Origin: a virus
Taxonomy: Duplodnaviria; Caudoviricetes
IMG/VR virus record: IMGVR_UViG_3300035182_001152
Strand: one strand, 5' to 3'
DNA length: 64,000 nt
In this document: positions 26,072 through 34,643 of the stretch, one piece after another
How the letters are laid out: every line of letters begins with the position of its first letter
Position numbering within the stretch: position 1 is the stretch's first letter
Notes under the pieces: generated by a model
What the model was told of the DNA's origin: nothing
The model's input: only the letters and a program-made list of their open reading frames with translations
Database searches by the model: none
Made by a program: the position numbers and the translations under genes

Positions 26072-26479
26072 TTATTGAGCAAAGAAGGTGGCTTCAAAGG
26101 CCTCTTTGAGCTCAATCTGTTCTGGTGTGTACTTACCATTGCGGGGCGTTACTACCTTGTATTGCTCAAGGATCAGTAACGCCCTGCGTCGTTTTTCAGG
26201 CTCACGAAGGTATGGAGAAATTTGCTCCAGCACATTGATGGCAGACCCACGATAGGTTTGCCAATGCCAAGCTTGTTTGTGTCCTTGACTCTTGGCGCGC
26301 TTAAGTTTGATAATTTGTCCACCAAAGGTTGACTTCATGAAGTCAACCAGGGTGTAAGTCGTGCTGGACAACGATACTCCTGGCGCTCGAAATTGATTGG
26401 CAGCATTCATCTTCGTTAAGGTAACAGTGCCCTCTCCGTCAAACAAACCCGCCGCGTAAATGATATGGTCTAGGGTCAT
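26072..26479 (-). CDS. Single-motif LAGLIDADG homing endonuclease
   Basis: YAAGLFDGEG motif; FGG.I, W.W, L..I.PYL..K. Confidence 0.88.
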   Translation of the reverse strand: MTLDHIIYAAGLFDGEGTVTLTKMNAANQFRAPGVSLSSTTYTLVDFMKSTFGGQIIKLKRAKSQGHKQAWHWQTYRGSAINVLEQISPYLREPEKRRRALLILEQYKVVTPRNGKYTPEQIELKEAFEATFFAQ

Positions 26480-26569
26480 GCGTTGATTTCCTTCTGAACG
26501 GGGGGTACTATGAACCCGTCTGCAGTTATTTAGCAATCTTCACCGAAAGCCAGATAAATACGGACAATG

Positions 26570-26890
26570 ATAGTAAACTGTTTCATGGGAACGACGGGAA
26601 CACGGCGGTTCGATTCCGCCCAGGTCCACCAGAAATCATCAGTCGACGATCGTAGTTGACTCACTTTGTCGCGGGCTCCGGGGCATTGAGTTAGTAACAA
26701 GCTACGTAGGCGGGTGATTCCTAATGGGCCTGACCAGGCTTCGACTCACGGACAAGTATAATGTGACGGCTATCCGAAGTTATGGACGTAATCCATTGCC
26801 AAAACGTAAATGCAAACGTAAACATGCAATTCGCGCTCGCCCTCTAATCCAGGGTTCGCGACGGGGTAGGTAACCTTGTAACAAAGTCCC
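26570..26890 (+). ncRNA. ssrA: Circularly permuted (two-piece) tmRNA
   Basis: The T-arm GGCGG-TTCGATT-CCGCC and acceptor 3' strand CAGGTCC-A-CCA (26604-26631) come before the 5' strand GGGCCTG (26726-26732). The stem has 7 bp with a G3.U70 pair, followed by ACCAGGCTTCGAC. The tag ORF GCA..TAA (26812-26847) encodes ANVNMQFALAL*. Outer ends are approximate. Confidence 0.92.
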
Positions 26891-26923
26891 AAGAAACCAG
26901 CTTCGGCTGGTTTCTTCGTTTTT
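26891..26923 (+). terminator. Intrinsic terminator of the tmRNA gene
   Basis: AAGAAACCAGC-TTCG-GCTGGTTTCTT followed by CGTTTTT. Confidence 0.88.
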
Positions 26924-27005
26924 ACCCCCATTTCCCGCGGCTCTTCGGGTTATTCAACGTCGGTACTGAGCATATATAAATGTGTGCACAACTAAAGGAG
27001 CATGC

Positions 27006-27818
27006 ATGACTTACAAATATGTTTACAGCAAACCTGGAAGTAACCATGACGAGGATGAAGACGAGATTGAAGTTAAGTTCCCATTCGCCGACGTGGGAAA
27101 GAAACCATTCCGAGTGTTTGAGCAAACATTCACTGCCCAGCATGTTCACTTCTATCTGAGCAAGCCAGTTGGTGAGGCTGAAGGTTACACAGACATGATC
27201 CACAGGATCACCCTTGCCAATCCATCCGATACCATTTTCATTCACTTGAACATTCCAGGTGGTCAGATCGATACCGGTGTCCAACTGATTAACGCAATGC
27301 GTAACTCCCAGGCGCGAATCGTTACCGTTCTTGAAGCCACTGCCTACTCCCTGGGCACGCTAATCTTCCTGGCTGGTGACGAAATGGTCGTCAACGACAA
27401 CTGCATGATGATGTTCCACAACTTCAACGGTGGTCTCATCGGTAAGGGCAACGAACTGGTATCCGAGCTCGAAGCAACCGTTAAATGGTTCCAAGCGCTT
27501 GCTGAGGATGTCTACATCCCGTTCCTATCACGTGAAGAGTTCGATCGCATCACCCGTGGTGAAGATATGTGGATGCAAACCCCTGAAATTCGCACTCGCC
27601 TCGAGTGCATGGTTAAAGTGATGAAGGAAAAGCAGGAAGCAGAGGAGAAGGCTGAGCAAGAAGCCGAAATCGAAGCGGTGGCCGCTCTGCTCGCACCAGC
27701 AGTTGAGAAGAAGGTCAAAAAGTCACCACCCGCAAAGAAGACTGTCCCCGCAAAGAGGACGGGTCCAGTGAAGAAAACGCGCGCAAAACGTCAACCCAAG
27801 ACTTCTTCAGAAGAATGA
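27006..27818 (+). CDS. clpP: ClpP-like serine protease with an acidic/Lys-rich tail
   Basis: HLNIPGG...G..LINAM, AYSLGTLIFLAG (Ser nucleophile), MMFHN (His), ED.WM; AAGGAG RBS. Confidence 0.85.
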   Translation: MTYKYVYSKPGSNHDEDEDEIEVKFPFADVGKKPFRVFEQTFTAQHVHFYLSKPVGEAEGYTDMIHRITLANPSDTIFIHLNIPGGQIDTGVQLINAMRNSQARIVTVLEATAYSLGTLIFLAGDEMVVNDNCMMMFHNFNGGLIGKGNELVSELEATVKWFQALAEDVYIPFLSREEFDRITRGEDMWMQTPEIRTRLECMVKVMKEKQEAEEKAEQEAEIEAVAALLAPAVEKKVKKSPPAKKTVPAKRTGPVKKTRAKRQPKTSSEE

Positions 27819-27834
27819 TGTAAGGTAAGGAGTC

Positions 27835-28902
27835 ATGGAAGCTCCTACCTTACAACAAGTCATTCGTCAGCATATCCCACTCCCGCCGCGTGCAAACGCG
27901 CGCGGGTTTTTTAGTGTGCTGTGCAAGGTTTGTGGAGACCATGGCAAGAAGGGCAAACGTGCTGGCTTCAAATTTGAAGGGGAGTCCGTTGGGTATAACT
28001 GCTTCAACTGCGGACATAGTGGTGGATACGATCCTGCCAAGCACGATTCAATGCCGAAGAACATGGAAGTTGTGCTGGAGGCGTTTGGAATCCCAGAAAC
28101 AGACTGGCAGGCTGTCCTATTCCGCGGTTTGGAAATGCGAGAAGCAGGGATGCAGGGCGGGAAAGCGGTAGAATTCGTCAGCATTGAGCCGGACGAGATT
28201 GCGATGCCGCCGTTCTTCTATCCGCTAAAAGACGATCCTAGCGACGACTTCGCGCAATACGCGATTGAGTACCTAACGGGGCGTGGCGTTGATTGGAAGT
28301 CCCACCCGTTCCACCTCGTTGCAAAAGCAGACCATCCTGATTGCACACGTTGGTACGGTCGTCTGATTATCCCAACGTATAAGGGTAACAAGTTGGTATT
28401 TTGGCAAGGCCGTGACCTAACGGATATGCACCAAAAGAAATATCTTAGCCCGAATGTCCCACGTAACAACATTCTTAGTGGCTATGATCAAATAGAGCGC
28501 CATTCAGAAGAACCTCTATATATTGTAGAGGGATGGTTCGATGCGCACCATCTAAAGGGAGTTGCTGTCTTCAGTAACAAGATGACTGCGAACCAGATCA
28601 AGTGGATCAGTCGGTCATCACGACCGAAGGTCGTGATTCCTGATAGATTTGGCGACGGACATCTGCTTGCTAGGCAGGGACTAGACCTTGGATGGGCAGT
28701 CAGCACGCCGGACATCGGATCGTGCAAGGACGTAAATGATGCAATAATCAAGTACGGCCAACTGTACACGCAAATGACAATCCTTCAGAATACTAGTGGA
28801 GATCGGTTCTCCGCTGATACACAGTTGGGTGTCTATTGTGAAGCAGGAACATCAAAAGGCAAGGACGCTGATAAAGCGGCACTTGCGAAAAAGAGGAGAT
28901 GA
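27835..28902 (+). CDS. DNA primase (T4 gp61-like)
   Basis: CKVC...CFNC zinc ribbon, RLIIP, WQGR, TOPRIM IVEGWFDA, KDVND. Confidence 0.9.
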   Translation: MEAPTLQQVIRQHIPLPPRANARGFFSVLCKVCGDHGKKGKRAGFKFEGESVGYNCFNCGHSGGYDPAKHDSMPKNMEVVLEAFGIPETDWQAVLFRGLEMREAGMQGGKAVEFVSIEPDEIAMPPFFYPLKDDPSDDFAQYAIEYLTGRGVDWKSHPFHLVAKADHPDCTRWYGRLIIPTYKGNKLVFWQGRDLTDMHQKKYLSPNVPRNNILSGYDQIERHSEEPLYIVEGWFDAHHLKGVAVFSNKMTANQIKWISRSSRPKVVIPDRFGDGHLLARQGLDLGWAVSTPDIGSCKDVNDAIIKYGQLYTQMTILQNTSGDRFSADTQLGVYCEAGTSKGKDADKAALAKKRR

Positions 28903-29260
28903 ACTCGTAGAGTTGTCGCCTAAGGTGATCCATTACTGGTGGCGAAAGTTGAATCATGCTGTGTTCTACGGCAAACTTCCACGTGTCGCCGCAATCACAT
29001 TGATCAAGCACAGGCGCGAGCATGCATGGGCAATCCCCGCCCGCGCAGGCGCCATCAAGCTGACGATCCAACCACGATTTGAGAGCCGCAGACTCTTTCT
29101 AATGGTCTTAGTACATGAAATGGTTCATGCGTGGGACCACTTCCACCATTCGCATATGACGCACGGCGAGCAATTCTTCAAGTGGCAAAAGCGAATCATG
29201 CGAACGACCAACCTTGAGCTAAAGGAGTGCCCCGATGAACACAACCCTGACCCCGACTGA
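28838..29260 (+). CDS. SprT-like zinc metalloprotease domain protein
   Basis: LNHAVFYGKLP, LVHEMVH.W...HG..F; start uncertain. Confidence 0.8.
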   Translation: MKQEHQKARTLIKRHLRKRGDELVELSPKVIHYWWRKLNHAVFYGKLPRVAAITLIKHRREHAWAIPARAGAIKLTIQPRFESRRLFLMVLVHEMVHAWDHFHHSHMTHGEQFFKWQKRIMRTTNLELKECPDEHNPDPD

Positions 29261-29480
29261 TGAATTAGATATTGCAACAACCATCCGTTCCGATTTGTGG
29301 AATACGATGACTCTGGGACAACTAACCCAACAGCAAGAGCTGATAATTGGCAAGATTTCCCTGGTCTATCAAATGACAGGATTCAACGCGAATCCCTCGA
29401 TAAACAACATTTACGCAGCACTTCAGGTTGCGTTGACCGACTTGAATCGACTGATCGATAGTCGTGCGAAACGTACATAA
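29235..29480 (+). CDS. Hypothetical protein
   Basis: AAGGAG RBS. Confidence 0.65.
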   Translation: MNTTLTPTDELDIATTIRSDLWNTMTLGQLTQQQELIIGKISLVYQMTGFNANPSINNIYAALQVALTDLNRLIDSRAKRT

Positions 29481-29493
29481 CTATAAGGATACC

Positions 29494-31398
29494 ATGGCAA
29501 AGGATAAGACGTACACTGGCGCAGATATTCAAGCGCTAAGTGACCGTGAACACGTTCGGTTACGCACTCAAATCTACCTCGGTAGTATGAGTCCAACCAT
29601 CTACGCGATTCCTCTACTAACCGAAGATACTCTCAGTGTCAAGGAAGTGGAGTTCATTCCCTCCGTGTACAAGGCAATCGGTGAAGTTGTCGACAACGCG
29701 CTCGATGAGTTCTCACACCTGACGACGCGAATCAAGTTGCTGAAGCTTGACGCGAAGCCAGACATTGGCTGGTATTCCGTGGGGGACAACGGTCGTGGTA
29801 TCCCAATCGACACACACGCCACTGGTGTCCCAACGCCACAAATTGCTCTAGGTAGCCTAAAGGCTGGTCGCAACTTCACAGACGACAAAGAGGTTGGAGT
29901 AATTGGTCAAAACGGTGTTGGTGCAGCGTGTACTAACTACTGTTCGAGTGAATTTGACGTTGTGATCAATCGCGACGGTAAGCAGTATCACCAGCGATTT
30001 GTTGATGGTGCGGACAAGGTATCCAAGCCGAAGATCACAAAACCCACAACTCCCCAGCCAACCGGCACAAAGGTCACATTTCAACTCGATCCTTTGGTAT
30101 TCAAGAGCGTCGCCCTTCCGGAAGAATTGATCCGTAATCGTGCGATTGAGATTGCGATAACCAATCCCGATGTGACTGTCGAGTACAACGGCAAGCGATA
30201 TCGGTACAAAAAGGGTCTAATCGAACTGGTGGCGCAGATCGCAGGCGATAAGCAGTTTTACGCTTTCGAGATCAATGAGCTGAATGTGGTTGGTGAAATC
30301 TTCGTGATCTTGAATGCGCACGACCGCCCTGACTCACAGATGTTTACGTGGGTCAACAGCTCGATGCTGTTTGACGGAGGTAAGTGCAATACGCAGTTCT
30401 TCAACGCATTCACAGCTCGTGTCCAGGCAGAACTTGCCAGCACAGCGAAGAAGATGAAGATTGAGATCACGAACGAAGACATCACGCGTGGAATGCTCGT
30501 TCTGGCAAGCCTGAAGGTCAAGAATCCTGAATACGACAGTCAGGCGAAGACGCGCCTGACTGGGCCCGACCTCCGTCGCGAACTTGTTGGGTCAATCGAT
30601 AATCAGTGGAAGGCGTTTGCTAAGAAGACCAGCCAGTGGCTGGATGAGGTAATTGAGCACGCCAACAGCCGGTATCACCGTCAAGCTGATCGAGAAGCGT
30701 TGAAGGAACACGAAAAGAAGATGCGCAAGCCAGTTCCCGGCTTGCTTGATGCTACAGGAAAGGACCGGATGAAATGCCGAATCCTGATCACAGAAGGTGA
30801 TTCTGCCAAAAGTCAGATCAGTGAAGTTCGTGACCCAACGACGACTGCAGCCTTTGCGTTGACGGGTAAGATCAACAACGTGTACGATGCGACTCCTGCA
30901 CAAGCTCTGAAGATGGGTAAAATCTCAGAACTGTTGCTGGCAATTGGATTGACTCCTGGAAAGCGCGCTGTTCGTAGTGAGCTTAACTACGGTGAAATTG
31001 TGGTTGCAACTGACGCTGACTACGACGGAGATGATATCTTCACACTGCTGGTCAATATGTTCTACAAGTTCTGGCCAGAACTGTTCGATCCAAAGTACCC
31101 ACCAATCATCAAACGGTTGGTCGCTCCAAACGTTTGTGTGGTCAAGGGGAAGACGCGGATCCACTTTACGCGCCGGTCCGAATACGAAGCAGTCAAGGAA
31201 AAGTACAAAGGTTACGAGGTTCGGTACTACAAGGGTCTCGGCTCAATGGCTCCTGCAGATTGGGAGATGATTCTGTCTGGTAAGAGCGACACGATGATTT
31301 CAATCGTCGACGACGGAAAGGTTAAGGACGTGCTTACGCTGTTGTTCAGCGACGACGCTGACGCTCGTAAGGCATGGCTGACCAATCCTCTGGAATAA
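29494..31398 (+). CDS. Type II DNA topoisomerase, ATPase/TOPRIM subunit (GyrB / gp39+60-like)
   Basis: EVVDNALDE, DNGRGIP, GQNGVG, TGTKVTF, EGDSA, ATDADYDG, YYKGLG. Confidence 0.95.
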   Translation: MAKDKTYTGADIQALSDREHVRLRTQIYLGSMSPTIYAIPLLTEDTLSVKEVEFIPSVYKAIGEVVDNALDEFSHLTTRIKLLKLDAKPDIGWYSVGDNGRGIPIDTHATGVPTPQIALGSLKAGRNFTDDKEVGVIGQNGVGAACTNYCSSEFDVVINRDGKQYHQRFVDGADKVSKPKITKPTTPQPTGTKVTFQLDPLVFKSVALPEELIRNRAIEIAITNPDVTVEYNGKRYRYKKGLIELVAQIAGDKQFYAFEINELNVVGEIFVILNAHDRPDSQMFTWVNSSMLFDGGKCNTQFFNAFTARVQAELASTAKKMKIEITNEDITRGMLVLASLKVKNPEYDSQAKTRLTGPDLRRELVGSIDNQWKAFAKKTSQWLDEVIEHANSRYHRQADREALKEHEKKMRKPVPGLLDATGKDRMKCRILITEGDSAKSQISEVRDPTTTAAFALTGKINNVYDATPAQALKMGKISELLLAIGLTPGKRAVRSELNYGEIVVATDADYDGDDIFTLLVNMFYKFWPELFDPKYPPIIKRLVAPNVCVVKGKTRIHFTRRSEYEAVKEKYKGYEVRYYKGLGSMAPADWEMILSGKSDTMISIVDDGKVKDVLTLLFSDDADARKAWLTNPLE

Positions 31399-31402
31399 TC
31401 AA

Positions 31403-32080
31403 ATGAAACAAACATACGACACACTCCGTGCATGGTATTTGCACGATCTCGAACACCCGGACATTCATCGTGGCCGGACAACACCAAAAGCTCGCTCAAT
31501 CACCCGATGGAAGGCGATTGAGTCTAAGCGGCAGGCTGTCAACCACCTAACGTCAGAACCCACAGGCGATATCTGGGTGTGGAGTGACACTCACTTCGGA
31601 CACAAAAACATCATCAAGTACGCAGATGGTGCTCGACCGTACGAGTCGGTCGAGCAGATGAACCAGGCAATGATCGACAACTATATGGCCAACGTTAAGC
31701 CTGAAGACATCGTGATTTTCGGTGGTGATGTAGCGTTTATGTCCGTCACTGCGATGAATGAAATCCTTGATCGCTTACCTGGCTACAAAATCCAGATTGT
31801 CGGCAACCACGACATGGATCGAAGCGGCGCTCTGATCAACTTCCACATGCATGAGCGGCATCTGTGCATGGTTCGTGACATTCCTGGCACCAATTTCCAG
31901 CTGCTGTTTACCCACTATCCACTGGATACTGTTCCTCCTGGATGTGGTAACGTGCACGGTCACATTCACCAGAATCTGGCCAATGAACACAATATCAACA
32001 TCTGTGTTGAACATACTGGCTGTGCACCCCTCAACATCAAGAGCGTGTACGAACGCGCCCTAGCCTACCTGACCCGATGA
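31403..32080 (+). CDS. Calcineurin-like metallophosphoesterase
   Basis: SDTHFGH, GGD, GNHD, THYP, HGHIH. Confidence 0.9.
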   Translation: MKQTYDTLRAWYLHDLEHPDIHRGRTTPKARSITRWKAIESKRQAVNHLTSEPTGDIWVWSDTHFGHKNIIKYADGARPYESVEQMNQAMIDNYMANVKPEDIVIFGGDVAFMSVTAMNEILDRLPGYKIQIVGNHDMDRSGALINFHMHERHLCMVRDIPGTNFQLLFTHYPLDTVPPGCGNVHGHIHQNLANEHNINICVEHTGCAPLNIKSVYERALAYLTR

Positions 32081-33423
32081 AAAAGCCAGAATCCTCGAAA
32101 TACATTAGCCAACAGCGTCGTGACTATTCGCTATACGTCATGCAGATGCGAGCAATCGTGGCTGCAACGGATGGCCTGAAGGCGAGCGGACGGCGCGTAT
32201 TGTGGACGGGTCGCGACGGGAAGCACTACAAGAGTGCATCTCTGGCCGGCGCAACAATGCCGATTCACCCCCACGACTCACCAGAGGGGTCTATCAACAC
32301 TCTTGCAGCTCCATACGGTAACAACATCCCTCTGCTGAAAGGTGATGGTGCATTCGGCACACTGTTGAATCCAAAGGCGTATGGTGCAGCTCGATACACT
32401 GCCGTTGAGACGTCCGAGTTCACTAACGATGTCGTGTTTCGGGACATTGAGATTGTTCCAATGATGGAGAACTACGACGGCACTCTTCAGGAGCCCGTCC
32501 ACTTTTTGCCACTAATCCCAATCGCTTTGTTGAACCCAAGCTCTGGCACAGGTGTGGGTTTTGCATCTACGATTCTGCCTCGAGCTTTAGATGATCTGAT
32601 CATCGGACAGATTTCACACCTGAAGGGCGCTAAAAAGCTGTCTAACCCGATGCCAAAGTTCCGACCGCTTGACACTCAAGCGTACGCTAAGGAAACGACG
32701 GAACGGGGCATAGCATACTACTTCAAGGGCAAGGTTGAAGTCAAAGATACATCAACAGCAGTGATCACGATGCTGCCGTACAGCACCTCTCACCCTGAAG
32801 TGATCGCCAAGCTCGATGGGTTGATTGAGAAGGGGATCTTGCTGGATTATGTTGACAATTCGAAGAATGTGATCGACATCAAACTGAAGTTCAAGCGTGG
32901 CTATCTCAGCACCGTTGAGGAAGCTGACTTGTTGAAGATGCTCGGATTAGCTGTGCGCGAGTTTGAGAATCTTAACGTGCTGGACTTCACAGGCAAAGCC
33001 GTGTGGAACACAACGCCCGAAGAGTTGATCGCTAAGTTTACCGACTGGCGACTAACGTGGTATGTTAAGCGCTATGAGCGCCTGCGCGACCTACTAGCAA
33101 TTGACATCCAACGCTACTACGACATCCGAACCGCTATCAAACACAATGTTGGTAGCGTCGCCCGGAAGACGCAGTCACGTTCGGAACTGAAAGAGTACCT
33201 CGAACAAATCAAGATCGTGTATCTTGACTACATCGCTGACCTGCCAATTTACCGGTTCACGGAAGACGAGCGTATCAAGAACGATGAACGAATCAAAGAG
33301 GCTGAGGCCCAGATGAAGGTGTACCTCGAATTGTTAGCCTCTGAAGACAAGCGCAAACAAGTGTACCTGACGGAACTGCAAGAAGTTCTAACCAAGTATA
33401 CTAAAGGTATCTACACAAAGTAA
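32077..33423 (+). CDS. Type II DNA topoisomerase, breakage-reunion subunit (GyrA / gp52-like)
   Basis: DGLK.S.RR.L, HPHDS, G.FG, AARYT catalytic Tyr, GTGVGF. Confidence 0.93.
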   Translation: MKKPESSKYISQQRRDYSLYVMQMRAIVAATDGLKASGRRVLWTGRDGKHYKSASLAGATMPIHPHDSPEGSINTLAAPYGNNIPLLKGDGAFGTLLNPKAYGAARYTAVETSEFTNDVVFRDIEIVPMMENYDGTLQEPVHFLPLIPIALLNPSSGTGVGFASTILPRALDDLIIGQISHLKGAKKLSNPMPKFRPLDTQAYAKETTERGIAYYFKGKVEVKDTSTAVITMLPYSTSHPEVIAKLDGLIEKGILLDYVDNSKNVIDIKLKFKRGYLSTVEEADLLKMLGLAVREFENLNVLDFTGKAVWNTTPEELIAKFTDWRLTWYVKRYERLRDLLAIDIQRYYDIRTAIKHNVGSVARKTQSRSELKEYLEQIKIVYLDYIADLPIYRFTEDERIKNDERIKEAEAQMKVYLELLASEDKRKQVYLTELQEVLTKYTKGIYTK

Positions 33424-33437
33424 TTGCAGGAAAACAA

Positions 33438-33683
33438 ATGAGCAAGCACCATGTGCACACCCACTGTACGGTGATGCATGACATCGACTGCATGTCGCTC
33501 GACGAACTCGAGGAGCAGTACGATATTGAGGTTGATGATGACGGATACGTCTGGGACAACCTCGAAGGTCAAGGGTTCGACAGTCTTCGGGAATGGGGAA
33601 GGTTCATCGAAGAGCGAGACTCCGATGAACCTGAGGAAATCTTCATTCCGCGCGCTGGGAAGCGCCGATACGAAGACGACTAA
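33438..33683 (+). CDS. Small acidic hypothetical protein
   Basis: AGGA RBS. Confidence 0.65.
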   Translation: MSKHHVHTHCTVMHDIDCMSLDELEEQYDIEVDDDGYVWDNLEGQGFDSLREWGRFIEERDSDEPEEIFIPRAGKRRYEDD

Positions 33684-34054
33684 TCGACCAGCTCAAACTG
33701 AGTAGCAATACTCGGTCCATGCAGAGGTGTATAGCCTTCCGCGATCAGTCTGTTGGAATCAACAGACTTTTTGCCCTTGCTGCGATCAAGCGACCATGTT
33801 ACGTGGTACAGCTTCCCATTAGGACGTATCTTCGTCCCGTCTCTCATCGCAACGACAAAAGCTTCAAGACCGTCCTCCATTGCGTAACCGATAATGTCGA
33901 AGGTCACAGTTGAGCCATACGGGATGTCTTGCTTGAACGGGCCACCAAATACGTGCGTCACGTGATGGCCAATCCACTCGGGAAACTTTGGCGGGAAAAG
34001 CGTCGCCACCTTCGCACGCGACGCTTCTGTTAGAACAAACGCTTGGTAGCTCAT
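33680..34054 (-). CDS. Putative 2H phosphoesterase-like protein
   Basis: Two HxT-like motifs: GHHVTHVF and LYHVTWS. Confidence 0.6.
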   Translation of the reverse strand: MSYQAFVLTEASRAKVATLFPPKFPEWIGHHVTHVFGGPFKQDIPYGSTVTFDIIGYAMEDGLEAFVVAMRDGTKIRPNGKLYHVTWSLDRSKGKKSVDSNRLIAEGYTPLHGPSIATQFELVD

Positions 34055-34563
34055 TGGTGCACCACGATCTTCTTGAGTTGGGCGATTGTGTCATGGGCAC
34101 TCTTGTGCAGAATGCCAATTCCTCCAGCTTCGATCCACGGCTCGATCGACTTCTTGCGATCATCAATCAAGATCCTGCCAACACCGGCGAACTGCGCCTT
34201 GTCACGAGAAGTGCTCACAAAGCGGGCGAAATTTGCCGCCTCGTGGCCAAGATGCTTGCGCACCCAAGCCCGCTTCTCGTCCGCAGCATTCGGCAGATGG
34301 CCAGGTGCAGAGCAGATTACCTTTGGAATGTGGTACGTGCGCAGATGCTCCCACAACACGAATGCGTCCTCCAAAGGGTCCATTTCCTCGAAGAATTTGC
34401 CACCCTTGCGCCTGTGAGCAGCGAGAGCCTTCCAAAAGTCACTCTTCAGTTGCTTGTTGTTCGGGTCGTGCTCGGGATAGAACCCTGCAATTGCCAGCGC
34501 CCGCTTTTCGAAGTCTGCCAGGACCCCATCAAGGTCGACGTTGATTTCTACGATTGTTGTCAT
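34051..34563 (-). CDS. HAD-family 5'(3')-deoxyribonucleotidase-like protein
   Basis: VDLDGVLADF, ICSAP, K..W...H, LIDDR..W...GG.GILH. Confidence 0.88.
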   Translation of the reverse strand: MTTIVEINVDLDGVLADFEKRALAIAGFYPEHDPNNKQLKSDFWKALAAHRRKGGKFFEEMDPLEDAFVLWEHLRTYHIPKVICSAPGHLPNAADEKRAWVRKHLGHEAANFARFVSTSRDKAQFAGVGRILIDDRKKSIEPWIEAGGIGILHKSAHDTIAQLKKIVVHQ

Positions 34564-34600
34564 CTCATTTTCTCCTATAACAGTCAGTATATAGCAAAAA

Positions 34601-34625
34601 GAAAGGCCGGACAAGCCGGCCTTTC
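34601..34625 (-). terminator. Intrinsic terminator after nrdB
   Basis: GAAAGGCCGG-ACAAG-CCGGCCTTTC, with an upstream A-run that is a U-tract on the minus strand. Confidence 0.8.
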
Positions 34626-34643
34626 GTAATCGCATGTGTGCGG

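Noticed and set aside
26604-26631. Stand-alone tRNA gene or tRNA fragment/att site
   Set aside because: It has no anticodon arm. It pairs with the downstream GGGCCTG and is linked to a tag ORF, so it is the acceptor piece of a tmRNA.
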